This document shows, one piece after another, positions 1-12,159 of a DNA stretch of 64,000 bases. The notes beneath the pieces were generated by a model. It searched no databases, had not been told where the DNA came from, and saw only the letters and a list, made by a program, of their open reading frames with translations. Within the stretch, counting starts at the first letter, position 1, and each line of letters opens with the position of its first letter. Source of the DNA: the human T2T-CHM13v2.0 reference genome, Homo sapiens; the NCBI RefSeq assembly GCF_009914755.1, contig NC_060934.1. The stretch is one strand, 5' to 3'. The position numbers were made by a program, and so were the translations under genes.

Positions 1-630
1 CAAAACCAGCAGAATGGATATTCTTTTCAACCTTCTATGAAACATTCATCAAGATAGACCATATCCTGGGCCCTAGAACAAACCTCAACAAACTTAAAAG
101 AATTGAACTCATACAGAGTGTGTTCTCTGACCACAATGTAATTACTAGAACCAATAATGGAAAGATAACAGGAAATCTCCAACACTTGTAGACTAAATGA
201 TCCTTTAACATAATCCATGGACCAAAGGGGAAGTAGCAAAAGAAATTTAAAAATACATATAACTAAATGAAAATGAAAATACACGTCAAAATGTGTGGGG
301 CACAGCTAAAAGTGCTAACAGGGAAATTTATAGCACTAAATGTTTACATTGAAACATCTCAAATCAATAATCTAAACTCCCGACTCAAGAACTTAGAAAC
401 AGAAGAACAAAATAAACCCAAAGCAAACAGAAGGAAGGAAATAATAAAGATAAGAGCAGAAATCAATGAAATTGAAAACAGAAAAATAGAAACAGAAGAC
501 TCAGTGAAGCAGCGCTGGTTCTTTGAAAAGATCAGTCAATAAGATTGATAAACCTCTAGCAAAAGTGAAAGACACAAGATAGAAGACACAAGTACCAATA
601 TCCGGAATGACACAGGGATATCAGTGCCTG
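1..630 (+). mobile_element. Old LINE-1 (L1M-type) ORF2 fragment, endonuclease/post-EN region; continues beyond the window's left edge
   Basis: A-rich strand with L1 ORF2 remnants. ORF 267..542 contains GKFIALN, QINNL and RRKEIIKIRAEINEIENRK, followed by WFFEKI, with frameshifts and stops. Confidence 0.9.
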
Positions 631-631
631 C

Positions 632-952
632 CCTGTAGCCATGTGACTCGTTCTTCACAATGGAATGTGAGGGAAGTAATATGTGCTACACCTACAATAC
701 TTTTCTTTAAAAGAAATCACTAGCCCTCATTTCTTCTGTCTCACCTTTCCATGAGCTGCATATGGCGAAGAAGTTGGTGAGGCAGTTTTGACGACGCAAA
801 TAAGGGTGGCATCCTAGGGTGTAGGGGAGCAATAAGCTAGGAAGAGTGGATGTCCTTGGCTGGCCTTGTGAAGCAGAGCTGCCCATCTACTTGATTGAGT
901 CACTGTATATTTTTTTTGTTCCAGCAGCATAGCCTGTACTCAAGCTAATATA
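632..952 (+). mobile_element. Old MaLR LTR fragment (MLT1J/K/L-like)
   Basis: gccatgtgact...aatggaatgtgagggaagt...gcagagctgcc...ttgttccagcagcatagcct...ctaatata resembles old MLT1 LTRs. Confidence 0.6.
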
Positions 953-1162
953 TTACACCTAGGTGGGTTTATGTCTTAGGGGACTTACATACTTACATAT
1001 AACCAAGATATTGTGGGGCCACTCCAGTCTTCTGACTATGTAAGGTGTTTTCTGAGGCCTCCATCAATCCTCTGGTCCCCCATCATCTGTCCATGGATGA
1101 GGGCCATCACTGAACCACCCTTCATACCTGTCTACCTGACCCTTTCAAGTCCAGCAATTTTC

Positions 1163-1164
<2 letters not shown>

Positions 1165-1216
<52 letters not shown>

Positions 1217-1222
1217 ACTACT
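1165..1222. repeat. (ACT)17 trinucleotide microsatellite with imperfect tail
   Basis: Perfect ACT repeats 1165-1215; this explains the poly-Leu run in ORF 1013..1426. Confidence 0.97.
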
Positions 1223-1894
1223 CCCTTGTCATTGCTGGAGCACAAGAATCCTTCCACCACACCTCAGACACAATGGACCCAAGGATTTCCACAAGGCCAT
1301 ATAAGGCCCTACCTGTCATACTCACTATCTGGCCATTCCCTTTCCCAAGCCTCATGCCCACCTTTGAGATCCAGCACACAACACCTATGCTCCCATCATT
1401 TCCTCCTTTCCCAGTGTTTTCTCTGAAGAGGCCCCTGTCATACTGTCTTCCATGGCCACAGGCCTAAGGAGGCACCAACAGTGGGCACTGGCAAGCTAGT
1501 GCTGCCTTTCTCCCACACCATTCTCTGAGTAATAAACACAGGCATAGTGTCTGCCAGAGTAGGGGAAAGAGACAGGGGGAAATAGCAGGAGAAAGAGATA
1601 GATAGATTAATATATTTAAAATGACATCACCATTATCATCATGCCATTCTCTTTTGAGGCAGAAACAGTTGTTCCCACCTGCAGAGTCAGAGAACAGGCC
1701 AGGACACCTGACTTAAAAATTATGACCTCTGCTATGAACAGAAAACCAAAAGCACATTTTTATTGACCACATGTTGGGGTTAAGGCATGACCCAATGCCC
1801 AATCTTGTGCTGATGGCACTGGGGAAGGTGGGGGCACAATTGTAAAGAGGCTGCAGAGCTGAGATGAACTCAGGGGAGTCTGTTTGGTGGATGC

Positions 1895-2123
1895 AAAAGC
1901 CTGGAATGCAGAGCCCGGGGACCTGCCTTCATTTGAACGCTGGCTCTGTCACTGACCTTGGGCTCATCATCTACCTTGTCTCTGAGCCTCAATTTCACCT
2001 TGGTAAAAGAGGAATAATAACACCTACTCTTTCTATTTCATAATCCAAAAAAGAATGAAGTGGTCTCTGGGAAAACACTTTGGAAGTAAGGACTCTGCAC
2101 ATATAGGGGTTATTATTATTATT
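1895..2123 (+). mobile_element. MIR-family SINE
   Basis: MIR core tgaccttgggc...ctctgagcctcaatttc...aataataacacctac, ending in a (TTA)n tail. Confidence 0.75.
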
Positions 2124-2722
2124 ACATGAAACAATCACGTTTGTGGATGAAGGGATTTAGATTGGGTGGAGCTGGCCTTCCAGCAGATATTCAGGCCCAA
2201 GCAAAGCAGGCCTTTGGGTGATCTACTTCAGGGAAAGCAAAGAGGCCAGGTGGGCAGAGCTGAGGGAAGGAGTTGCTGACAGTGTGCTGGGGCTAGAGTT
2301 GGAGGGTTGTCAAAGCCTTGCCAATGAGTTGGGGCTTGTTGGAGCAGACAGTAGGGACCATTGCAGGTTCTTGAGCAGGAGAGACACCTGAAGAAGGTGG
2401 AGAGATAGCAAAAGTGGTATGTTGCCTCCTTAGGCTATTTTAGTTGGTAATAATAGGCTATTTCTAAGTCCAGTCAAGCACTATCACTTCCCACCCCAAA
2501 GCTGTTCTTGACTTTTCTGTAGGGACTTGCTTCTTCCTCTCGACTCTTACGGTTCTCTCCAGCTGGAGTGTATCTCTCTGGCAGCAGTTATACCAGCTCA
2601 AATCTTCCTGAAAACATCCATGATTTTCTGCCTGTATCCCCTGGTTTCCCAGCCCACAGAGGTTACCTCCCTCTTGGGGCTCCTGAGTTCCGTGACCTAC
2701 TTATGGGGTTCTGTTCATGGAA

Positions 2723-2900
2723 GGCAGTGTTTCTCGGCCCTAGCTGCTCATTAGAAGACTGGTTTTTAAAATGTCTCCATGCACAGATTGTAACCCAGAT
2801 CAACGACATTGTGATCTCTGGGGTGGAACCTAGGTATTGGGATGGTTTCTAAACATTCCAGGTAATTCCAATGTGCACATTGCGATTTGGGATCACAGGC
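2723..2900. mobile_element. MER5-type hAT-Charlie MITE
   Basis: cagtgtttctc...cattagaa...tctctggggtggaacctagg...ccaggtaattccaatgtgcac...ttgggatcac. Confidence 0.65.
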
Positions 2901-3489
2901 CACCTCTGACAATCGGGCATCCTGCCTTGTGATTACTGCTTTCATGCGTGCACTTGGCATACCTGGAACACACTGGGGTGTGGGGAGAAAGCACTAGGAT
3001 TTTGGTTTATATTTACTTTACATCCTATGCTTTTAAAATGTGCATGCTTTACAATCGACTTGATAGTAGAAGAGGTAATGATCATAACAGTCAGCAGCCG
3101 TTGAGCATGTACTGCAGCCAGGCTCTCATCCAAGCACTTGACACGAAAGTGCCAGAAAGCAGTCACACCAACATTCAAACACAGGATGGCTCCAGCAGCC
3201 ACCTTTTATCCATCATGCCAATCTGTTCTCACAGTACACATGTGTAATTTAGAAACAAACAAAAATAGTAACATATAAATAAGATACAGATACCAGAGCG
3301 ACCCGTGAAACATTTTTTGCTGATAAGGTTTCATGATCAAATAATCAGACTATGGTGGCCGACTATGAGTCCTCCAGGCCAGGTCTAAATCTCTCTCTTA
3401 GTTTTGTTCCTTCTGCCCAGCAGCTAGCAGAATCTGGGTTCTAATAAATGCTCAACAAATATCTGCCACTCCCACAAACATTTATTAAA

Positions 3490-3670
3490 TGATAATCATA
3501 GCTAACGTTTATCAACATTGCCAATGTGCCAGAGACATCATACTTAATCTTCACAGAAGTCCTGTAAGGCTATGATTACACCTGCTTTGTGACACTGAGC
3601 AGCTAAGTAACTTGCTAGAGTCCAGAACCTGAACCCAGACTGTGGGACTGCACAGCTCATTCTCCCCCAC
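3490..3670 (-). mobile_element. MIR-family SINE
   Basis: ataatcatagctaacgtttat...ttaatcttcacag...actgag...aagtaacttgc...gaacccagactgtgggactgca. Confidence 0.7.
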
Positions 3671-4213
3671 TGGTGAGCAGGTCCACAGGGAGCAGCTTAT
3701 GAAGGTGGTGGGGGAGAAGTGGATTTTAAAACATCAGGAAGGAGGCAGAGGTGGATCATTCACTCCCTGCAGGTGGTTCCTTCTGCCAAGAGTGACCTTC
3801 TCTATCCTTACCTACCCTCCTGCCCCAGCTCAAACGCATCTTCTCCTGGAAGCCTACAGAGGGTTCTGCCCCGTTCCTGCCTCATCTTCCCCACTGAACT
3901 TGGAACTCCTAGAGGGCAGGGTTGGGTCCTACTCAAGGGGCATCCACGGAGCTGGGTCAGCAAACATAACACTGGTCATCTGAGCCTGCGCCCGCCCTTC
4001 CTCCCAGGCCAGGGCGCCCCCACCCCCTGGGTTTTTCCTCCGTGGACGCCGCTTCCTTTTCCTTCTTTTCTCCCTCCTCCTTCTTCTCCTTCTTTTCCAC
4101 GTGTCTTCTCCTCCCATCCTCTTTTCTCTCCATCCCCACCTCCCACTCCTTCCCACGCCCCATCTCCCCGACCCCCAGCACCCCGCGCCGCCCCCAACCC
4201 TGGGCCGGGCAGG

Positions 4214-4244
4214 TGCAATTCCTCAGGCGGCCTACAGAGGGCGA
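4214..4244 (+). promoter_or_regulatory. Candidate promoter-proximal CTCF site (core plus upstream module)
   Basis: TGCAATTCC (4214-4222), 8 nt spacer, then CCTACAGAGGGCGA (4231-4244). This matches the upstream-module plus core arrangement. Confidence 0.55.
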
Positions 4245-4284
4245 TGTGCGCCGCCACTGGGCCGCGCCCCTCCGGCGCGCGCTT

Positions 4285-4362
4285 CCTGTGAGGTCAGGTG
4301 GGAGGAAACCGCCTGGAGCCGCCGGGAGTGGACGCCGCCGAGGCCCGGAGTCGCGCCTGCAG
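4285..4362 (+). other. FAM241B: FAM241B exon 1 (non-coding; 5' end approximate)
   Basis: Lies within the CpG island, ends at consensus donor CAG|GTGAGT, contains no ATG. Confidence 0.75.
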
Positions 4363-5528
4363 GTGAGTCGCCGCGCCGGGGAGGGAGCGCATCCCTCGCT
4401 GCAGCCCGGGCCGGGACTTGGAGCCGGTGTCGGGCTCCAGAGGCTGGGGCTGGCGGCCGGGGCAGCGTCCCTCCCGCCCCCGGCCCGGAATGTCAGGTGC
4501 GCCGCGGGCCGGGCGCGCGGGTGGCCCACCGGGCGGGGGCGCGATGACAAAGCACAAAGGGACTGCGCGCGACCACCATCCGCTCGGCCTGCGCCAGGGC
4601 CAGCGGGCTTCAGGAGGGGGACGCGCCTGTCCCGGGCTCCAGGCTACGGGCAAGACCACAGGGCTCCTGACCTTTTTCGGCATACATGTCACCAGTGCTA
4701 TCTGGAATGTAGGTGGACACTGAGGCTCATCTCCTGAGAATGAATGGCCTTTACCCAGACTCAAGGGGAGGCGTGGAGGGGCCCCGCAGTCCAGGGGTCC
4801 GCGGAGTGGAGCCTTTCGAGGGCCACCGCAGCAACCCCCTCCCATATTTTGGGAAGGCTGGGCCCTGCGCCCGTTAGCCAAGGTTGGACTGGTGTTCCCT
4901 GCGAAGTGAGGGACAGGTGAGGGGCGTGCCCTCTGCAGCAAAGGTGTGCTCTTCCGAGGCGCATGATGGCTAGGATGGTCTGCCGCTACCAGGCAGTGGT
5001 TGTAAAGTAACCCCGAAGTGACCCTCATCTCCCTGGGTGTTCCTGGGGAAGGCCCAGGTGGTGACATTGACTCCCTGGGGGAGCAACACACTCGACCCAT
5101 TTTTTAGTGGAAGGGAATTGGAACCCCACTGGGGATGCTGGTGCCCTGGACTCCCAGTTTAGTACCCAGGGAGGGCCCTAGAACCAGAGCTTCTGGCCTC
5201 GTGTTCCTTCTCTGCTGTCCGTAGGTGTGATCCCGGGCAGGCCACTTAAGTCTCCCTGTGCCTCCGCCTGTGCAATGGCCGCGCTAGTACCCTCCTCGGG
5301 GGAGTGTTGTGAGGCTTGAGTGAGGTGAGCCTTGCAGGATGGGCCTTCCACGGGGCGTGGGCCACAGCAGAGGCTCTAGTCCCAGTTGTGCTGTTGGCAG
5401 TGTAGTGATTGGCAGTAAAACTTCCTTTGCCAAGGATCTTTTTGATAGTTTTCCTGGTGGACTCAATGTCTGAAATCTTTTTGCCTGGCAAACAACTTGC
5501 CTTAATTTCTCCCCTTTTTGTTAATCAG

Positions 5529-5596
5529 ACACAGCATCTACTCAGCGTGGGTCACCTCTGTGAACATCACTGACTGCAAGCCTCCCTCAATTTCTG
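5529..5596 (+). other. FAM241B: FAM241B exon 2 (68 nt, non-coding 5'UTR, inferred)
   Basis: Acceptor ttaatttctcccctttttgttaatcag|AC and donor TCTG|gtaaat; no ATG inside. Confidence 0.65.
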
Positions 5597-5792
5597 GTAA
5601 ATTTTTTCCTTCAAGCTTTTTGAGGTCAGGGGGAAAATCCTCCACAGATCTTCACGAGTCTGGTCCCAGATCACTAACAGCTAAAGGTTTTGTGGTGGGG
5701 AGAACTTCTGTGCCACTTGGCTTCCATTAGCCTGCCCACCCTGACCACACAATGCAGGTGCAGCCCATCAGGGACCCACAGCGCCTGGGAGG

Positions 5793-5888
5793 ATGGTGCG
5801 GATCTTGGCCAATGGGGAAATCGTGCAGGATGACGACCCCCGAGTGAGGACCACTACCCAGCCACCAAGAGGTAGCATTCCTCGACAG
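5793..5888 (+). CDS. FAM241B: FAM241B coding exon 1 (MVRILANGEIVQDDDPRVRTTTQPPRGSIPRQ); exon probably starts at 5758
   Basis: Strong Kozak gaggATGG at 5793, 32 codons ending at a phase-0 donor CAG|gtaggt; recognised as the FAM241B/C10orf35 N-terminus. Confidence 0.95.
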
Positions 5889-6227
5889 GTAGGTACTCAT
5901 TTCCTGTGGAGTGGGACAGATGGCCTCCTGTGTACTGGCTACTCCTAGCTTCCAGAAGTCTCTCTTGCTGGTCACTAACCTTTTCTAGCCTGAAGCCCTC
6001 TTTGCAGAGAGCTGGGGAAGATGCAGTGGCTTATTGTCTACCTCCCCAGATCTCCTTTCTCCAGGCGCCTCCCCAGACTTCACAGCCAAGAGCTCTCTCT
6101 CCTTTAACTTGGTTAGCAAACCTCACTGGAGCTAGCGTCTTTCTTTTAAGAGTGGGTTGGATGACAGAAGCTGGAGAGGAAGTGGAGGAGATGAGCCCTG
6201 GGCACAGAATAATCATTTTAAAGGGGT

Positions 6228-6766
<539 letters not shown>

Positions 6767-6838
6767 CTAGAGAGGTTGATTCCTGGCTGGTGCGTCAACC
6801 CAATGATTCATTCATCTCTCTCTGTCTTCACATTCCAG

Positions 6839-7108
6839 AGCTTCTTCAACAGGGGCCATGGTGCTCCCCCAGGGGGTCCTGGCCCCCGCCAGCAGCAGGC
6901 AGGTGCCAGGCTGGGTGCTGCTCAGTCCCCCTTCAATGACCTCAACCGGCAGCTGGTGAACATGGGCTTTCCGCAGTGGCATCTTGGCAACCATGCTGTG
7001 GAGCCGGTGACCTCCATCCTGCTCCTCTTCCTGCTCATGATGCTTGGTGTTCGTGGCCTCCTCCTGGTTGGCCTTGTCTACCTGGTGTCCCACCTGAGTC
7101 AGCGGTGA
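6839..7108 (+). CDS. FAM241B: FAM241B last coding exon (SFFNRGHG...VEPVTSILLLFLLMMLGVRGLLLVGLVYLVSHLSQR*); full protein 121 aa, small membrane protein of the FAM241/DUF4605 family
   Basis: Acceptor tctctctctgtcttcacattccag|AGC, in frame with the previous exon (96+270=366 nt); matches the C-terminal part of ORF 6740..7108; TGA at 7106-7108. Confidence 0.96.
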   Translation, partial: SFFNRGHGAPPGGPGPRQQQAGARLGAAQSPFNDLNRQLVNMGFPQWHLGNHAVEPVTSILLLFLLMMLGVRGLLLVGLVYLVSHLSQR

Positions 7109-7623
7109 CCTCTGAGGGCTGATAGGGGTGGGTTTGTTGAGAGGGACTTGCTGGGCCTTGGTGTGAGAGCAGGCATATTTGGAGGGGATCTGGTGGTGCC
7201 TTGAAGGTATGATCAGAGAGGGGACCACAGGTGTGTGTTTCCCCTTTGTGTTAAGCGTGAGGCAGAGGGAGACGTTAGTCCAGCATTTCCAAAGTGTGGG
7301 TGGGTCCGTTGGTTCCCAAGATACTTTTAGGTGGTATGGGGCCTGCATTAAGTGGCACAAAATCAGAGCAAGAAAGCGATGCCCTTCCCAATTCTCTCAA
7401 TCCTTTTATGCCGAGAAGATCTCAGCTGGATGCCAACATGTTCCGATGCCTGTGGAAGACATGCCGACGTCTCCTCTGCCTAGGGAGCAGGACTTGGGCT
7501 TAGGGCAGGTGGAAAAAATTCCAGACTTTTTTAGCACTGTTTTTGTTTTAATGGTATATTTTTATTGGCTACTTTATTGTTTAGGACAAGTGGTAGTGGC
7601 ATTCTATTTATTGTGACCTTTTC

Positions 7624-7629
7624 AATAAA
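7624..7629 (+). terminator. FAM241B: FAM241B polyadenylation signal (3'UTR about 7109-7645)
   Basis: Canonical AATAAA preceded by a U-rich tract (7540-7620). Confidence 0.85.
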
Positions 7630-10600
7630 TAGATTTAAGTAAAAATGAGTCCATATAAAGAAATGTATGAATAATCGTACACCTGCATGCAGATCCGGAA
7701 AACATGGTAAAGAGGGATTGGGTTCGGGGAACAGGCAGCAGCGAGCATTTGACCTCAGAGGGTGGTTTCTAAGATTTTCTCAGTAGGAACGCAGAACTAG
7801 GAGAGAAGGTCTAGATGAGATCTGGCTTGGACCCCTTGCCTGATGTGTGGATAACTTCCAGCCTCACTCTGAGATGCCAGGCATGATGGTCAGCTTTGTG
7901 GGGAGGGTTCCTCTGGCCAGAATGGCTGGTGAGGCTGCAGGGTCGGGAGAGCTGGGGTGCAGGTCCGAGGTCTCCCTTGCTTAAGGAGACCTTCCTGACC
8001 AGAGGCTGCTCAGCCTCTTTCACCCTCCAGAGGCTTCTGTCACCCCTGGCTGCAGTGCATTCTCCTTAGAAAATGGTGCATGTGGAATGAGGATGCCCTG
8101 CTTCTCTGGAGAGGAGGCCTTGCGTTTTGACATGTGAGCCCTGGGTCTGCGTGGAGGCCCTGCCTGGGGAGGCACTGGGTGGCTGAGGCTCTGGGCCACA
8201 GAGGGAGGAGGGTTATTTATGGGTTGGAGGGAGGCTGGGTGAGTCAAGGACTTGCCTGTCCTGGCACCAGGTTTCTCATCCTTTTCTTGGGATCCGCTGG
8301 GTTTGGTTGTTTGCAGGGAGGAAGGCATGTTTTGGAGTTGCTAGGTCTCGGGGAGGATGGGCGCTAGAAGGAGCTTGAGGCCACCCCTCCATCTGAGAGC
8401 CTGCCATGCTGTCTGGAACAGGAGCTTCTCACCTGGGGCCTGGACAAAGAGAGGTGGGGGCTCAGCCCTGCTGATGTCCCAGCTGGCCCCCGTGGCATCT
8501 CCTTCTGTCCTGACACTTCGGCCTACCCACTTGCCTGGCTCCAAGCCCCTACAGCTCCAGCCCGCCAGCCGCAGGGAAGTTCCTGGCCATACCCCACTCT
8601 CCTAATTCTCTTTTCTCTCAGCTTCTCTTAGGGGTGGGTTTTCCCTTTCATTTTCCCCTTGCAAAGCTGCAGAACTCTGAAAAAATAAATTATGAGTGGA
8701 AAACCCCAATATATAAAATACCTTGAGGGGATATGAATCTGAGTCCTCAAATTCAGGGCTGATAACAATACCTTTTTCTAGAACTCAGTTTCCATTCCCA
8801 ACGTCCAAGCCCTTTGAGAATTAGGGTCCGTTAGAGAAGGCAGGGGTGAGCAGGGCTTCCCTCTGCGCCTGACTAGAAAGAGCGGGAGGAGAGAGGCCTG
8901 CCTGGCTTTAGGCAGGATGGCGGAAGTGGGCAGGGGCCACAGTGGGCAGAGATGGCTTTTCCTGAGGCTTGCTTGGTGCTTAGCCGGCCTAAGAGGCAGG
9001 GCTGGGGGCTGGAAGTCAGTTGGTGGGGACCAAGAGGAGGTGAAGTCTTGCCCTGTTTGTTGACTGAGCTCCAGGCCCCATAGAGCTGCTGTGGTTGGAT
9101 TGGACTCTTGGCCTTTTTCTGAGCTACCTGTCTTCTCTGCCTCACTTCCTAAGCCCAGTGTCTGAAAGGTGCTGGAGACAGAGGCAGCTTAGTGTGGGGA
9201 GACCCCGCTGGGGTCCTGCAGCCTGCAGCTGGGAGTGGCCTGGGGCCATGTGCTTCCAGCCTGCCTGAATTCCCCCAGCAGGTCTCTCACCTGCACCTAC
9301 TGACCCAGGCCTCACCGGGCGGCTGCACCCTGCACAGGCAGAGTCTAGGTCCTCTGGGAGGCCAGATCAGAGCTGAGGGGCCTGAGTGAGCCTCTGCCTC
9401 GGTCTACTCAGCATCCTAATCAGAAGCTCACTGAGGGGGTGGGATCTTCCTTCTCTGCCCACCACCAACTCTGCCTGCTATGTGACAGGACCCCCAGAAT
9501 GAGCTGCCTGACTCGTTCCAATCCTGCCCAAGAGGGCAGATTTCCAGGGAGGTTTCTGCTGATCCTCAAAGCCCTGTGTCTCCGTGGCAGGCTGGATTTC
9601 CAGCCTGGCTGCCTGGGGAGAGCTGCTCCTACTCCCACCCACGTGAGCCACCAGCTCAGATCCCACTAGGCCTCCACTGCCTCTGCGGGGCCACCCGGTG
9701 AGTAGAACTGCTGGGGTCTGACTTGTCTGTTCTGCTCAATCTCTGGGGACCAGCTGCCCTCCTGGTGCCCTCCACAAATTCCAAGCCCTTGGCTCCCTAA
9801 GCCCCTCCCTCTCCACCCTCCAGCTAGTCCTGGAAGTGGGGACTAAACCATCATCTCCCTGAAGGAGACACCAAGCCTGAGATCAGGTGAAACAGTGACT
9901 CTGGTTTTGCCAGTTCCCCCGAGCAGCTGTCTCTCAGCTCCTGCCTCCCTGTGACGGGGCCTTTTAGCATAGGTGAGGGCTGGGGATGTTGGGCTCCCTC
10001 TCTGGGGCCTTTCTAGCTCCATGGGTCTGAGGGGGAAGCCCTGAGGCAGTGGTCAAGGCGTCTGTCCACTTGGATGCCTGAACCTGAGGACAGGGGAGGA
10101 AAGCCGCCCCTGCGCTCTGGCTCACCGGGTGGCACAGGAGGCCTGTTTGCAGGCCTGGCTCTGCTCTTTGTGGACAGTTCACTCAGCCTCTTGAGCCTTG
10201 GTTTCCTCATCCCTGTGAAGGGATGATGATCTGGGACCTGCCCGCCTCTCAGAGCCTTTCAGGGGATCACTGAAAGCATGGTGGGTAGGAGGTGGGCAGA
10301 GGGCCATGGAGAGGGGGACTGCGCCTGCCCCTGAGCTGCCTCTGCAGGTGCTGCACCATGGCCCACAGCTTCTGTACTGGCAGCTTTGGCTCCAGAGTGG
10401 CTGCCTTGTCCAAGGCACCTGGGATCCCTGGCTGGGGCGGTGCTGGGCTTTTAAGAGCAGAGTTGCCCCTCCCGCAGCTGTTAGAGAAGAAACACAGCCA
10501 CTTCGCTGTGCTCCTGAAAGCTGAGGGGCTTGTTGCTGGTGTTGAATGTCAGGACTGGATGCTGTTTGTTGAGAGTGTATGGAGTGCCTGGCCCTGTGCT

Positions 10601-11699
10601 AAGCACGTTATGTCATTTAATTGTCACTAGCACCTTATGACATAAATATTGTCACTGTCATCTTTATTTCACGACAGAGGACATGGCAGAGGGTTTATAA
10701 CTTGCTGTAGGACCCAGAGCGAGCTGGGTGGAGCTAGGATTCAGAGACCTACAGCCCTTGCTCTTGACCACTCCTCTCTTTTACCTCTGGCCGTACCTGC
10801 ATCAGCATCGCCTAGAAACCTGCAGATACAGATGCCCAGCTGTACTACCTGCTAAGACCTGCCTGCAGCCCCATGAGATCAGCTGTGTGGGGGCAGAGGG
10901 CACAGAAGTTGGTGCAAGGGTGCTGGCTGCAGCTGCCCAGCTGGGTGGCCTCAGTGGCTTCCCAGTCCTGGGTCACAGTCATGGAGATTTAGCTCTCTTC
11001 CCTGCATTCCCGAATGCATATTTTCATTGCAAAGTGACAAATCCAGTGATCTCTCAAAGGGTTAAGTGGGGGCAGGGGAGGGAGGCAGCAGAGCTCTGCT
11101 GCCAAAACTAGATAGAGAACCTGCAGCCTGCCCAGCCAGTAGGACAAGCAAGCCTACCCCGCCTGGTGCTGCCACCCAGTGCCCAAAAGAGCAGCAAGAG
11201 AAAGTTCAAGAAGCAGGTAGAGTGAGAGCTTCAAAGAATTACAAAGGGGGTGTGTATGGAGGGGTGTATGTGTGTGCCTCTGAGCCTCTGGTTTGAGGCT
11301 GGGGGCAGGGCTGAAACCAAATGGCTTTAGGGACTCAGAGTTTGGAAGGAGAAGGTTGGAGCTACTTGAGATGAAGCTGGAGGGCCACTGCCCCAAGTGC
11401 CCAGGCAGGTGGGGCACAGGGCTGGGAGCCAGGGCTGGTCTGCATTGGCCCAGCGGCCAGCTCCAGTCCCTCTGGTGGGCGGGGGCCCTGCTGGGGGCTG
11501 AATGCCTGCTTCCCATTCCCGGCTTCAGCTCTGTTAACCAGAGGCCTTGACACAACCCAGCATCTCCCTAAACCTCCGTGTCCTCATCTGCACCTCCCAC
11601 AGTGAGAGGATCAAGTACATTAATTCATGGGAAGCACTTAGCCGTTTCTGGCACAAGTTAGTGCTCAATGTTACTGTATTCACAGAGAAATGGTATTAG

Positions 11700-12146
11700 G
11701 ACTCACTTAACATTTTTTTTTTTAACAGCAGCTCACATCTTAAATTAATTTTTTAAAAGGAAGCTTCATATTACTATTGTAAATGGAAAGCCAATACTAC
11801 TTGCCATTCACAGTAGGTATTCGTACAAATGAATCCAGGACAAAACGAATGATATTCCATTTTAGCTAGTCACTGCCATTGTCCAAGCCCTTAGCCTGAT
11901 GCCTGCTTTCTTTGTTAAAAAAGTCAGTTTATGAAGATTGGGAGTGGTGCAGAAGCCTCACTGGCCCCTCACTGAGACATTCTCCTCGATGGATTCAGAG
12001 GACTGAAGAGAAACAAAGAGGAATGACTTCCTCACCATCCGATTCGGTGCTGTGTTTGTAAATTGCTTATAATCATCTTGTGCACCACCCCAAATCATTT
12101 CACTCCCTGGCGGGTAAGAGTACCCCACAACTGCGGGAAACATGGT
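11700..12146. mobile_element. hAT-Charlie DNA transposon fragment (Charlie4-like)
   Basis: AT-rich body (tgtaaatggaaagccaatactacttgccat) ending in a Charlie-type terminus, gtaccccacaactgcgggaaacatgg. Confidence 0.55.
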
Positions 12147-12159
12147 ATGATCTTGAGCA

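Larger units (their letters stand above)
3985..4950 (+). promoter_or_regulatory. FAM241B: CpG-island promoter of FAM241B
   Basis: Very high GC and CpG density, GC boxes, ETS-like GCTTCCTG at 4281-4288, upstream pyrimidine tract (4050-4155), no TATA box. Contains the strong donor CAG|GTGAGT at 4362/4363. Confidence 0.9.

Noticed and set aside
1013-1426. 137-aa ORF with poly-Leu resembling a signal or TM segment
   Set aside because: The Leu run is the (ACT)n microsatellite; non-ATG start; no gene structure.
3719-5100. Several 150-270 aa ORFs on both strands over the CpG island
   Set aside because: Stop-codon depletion from very high GC; Pro/Arg/Gly/Ala-rich, no domain, and they cross the FAM241B exon 1 donor.
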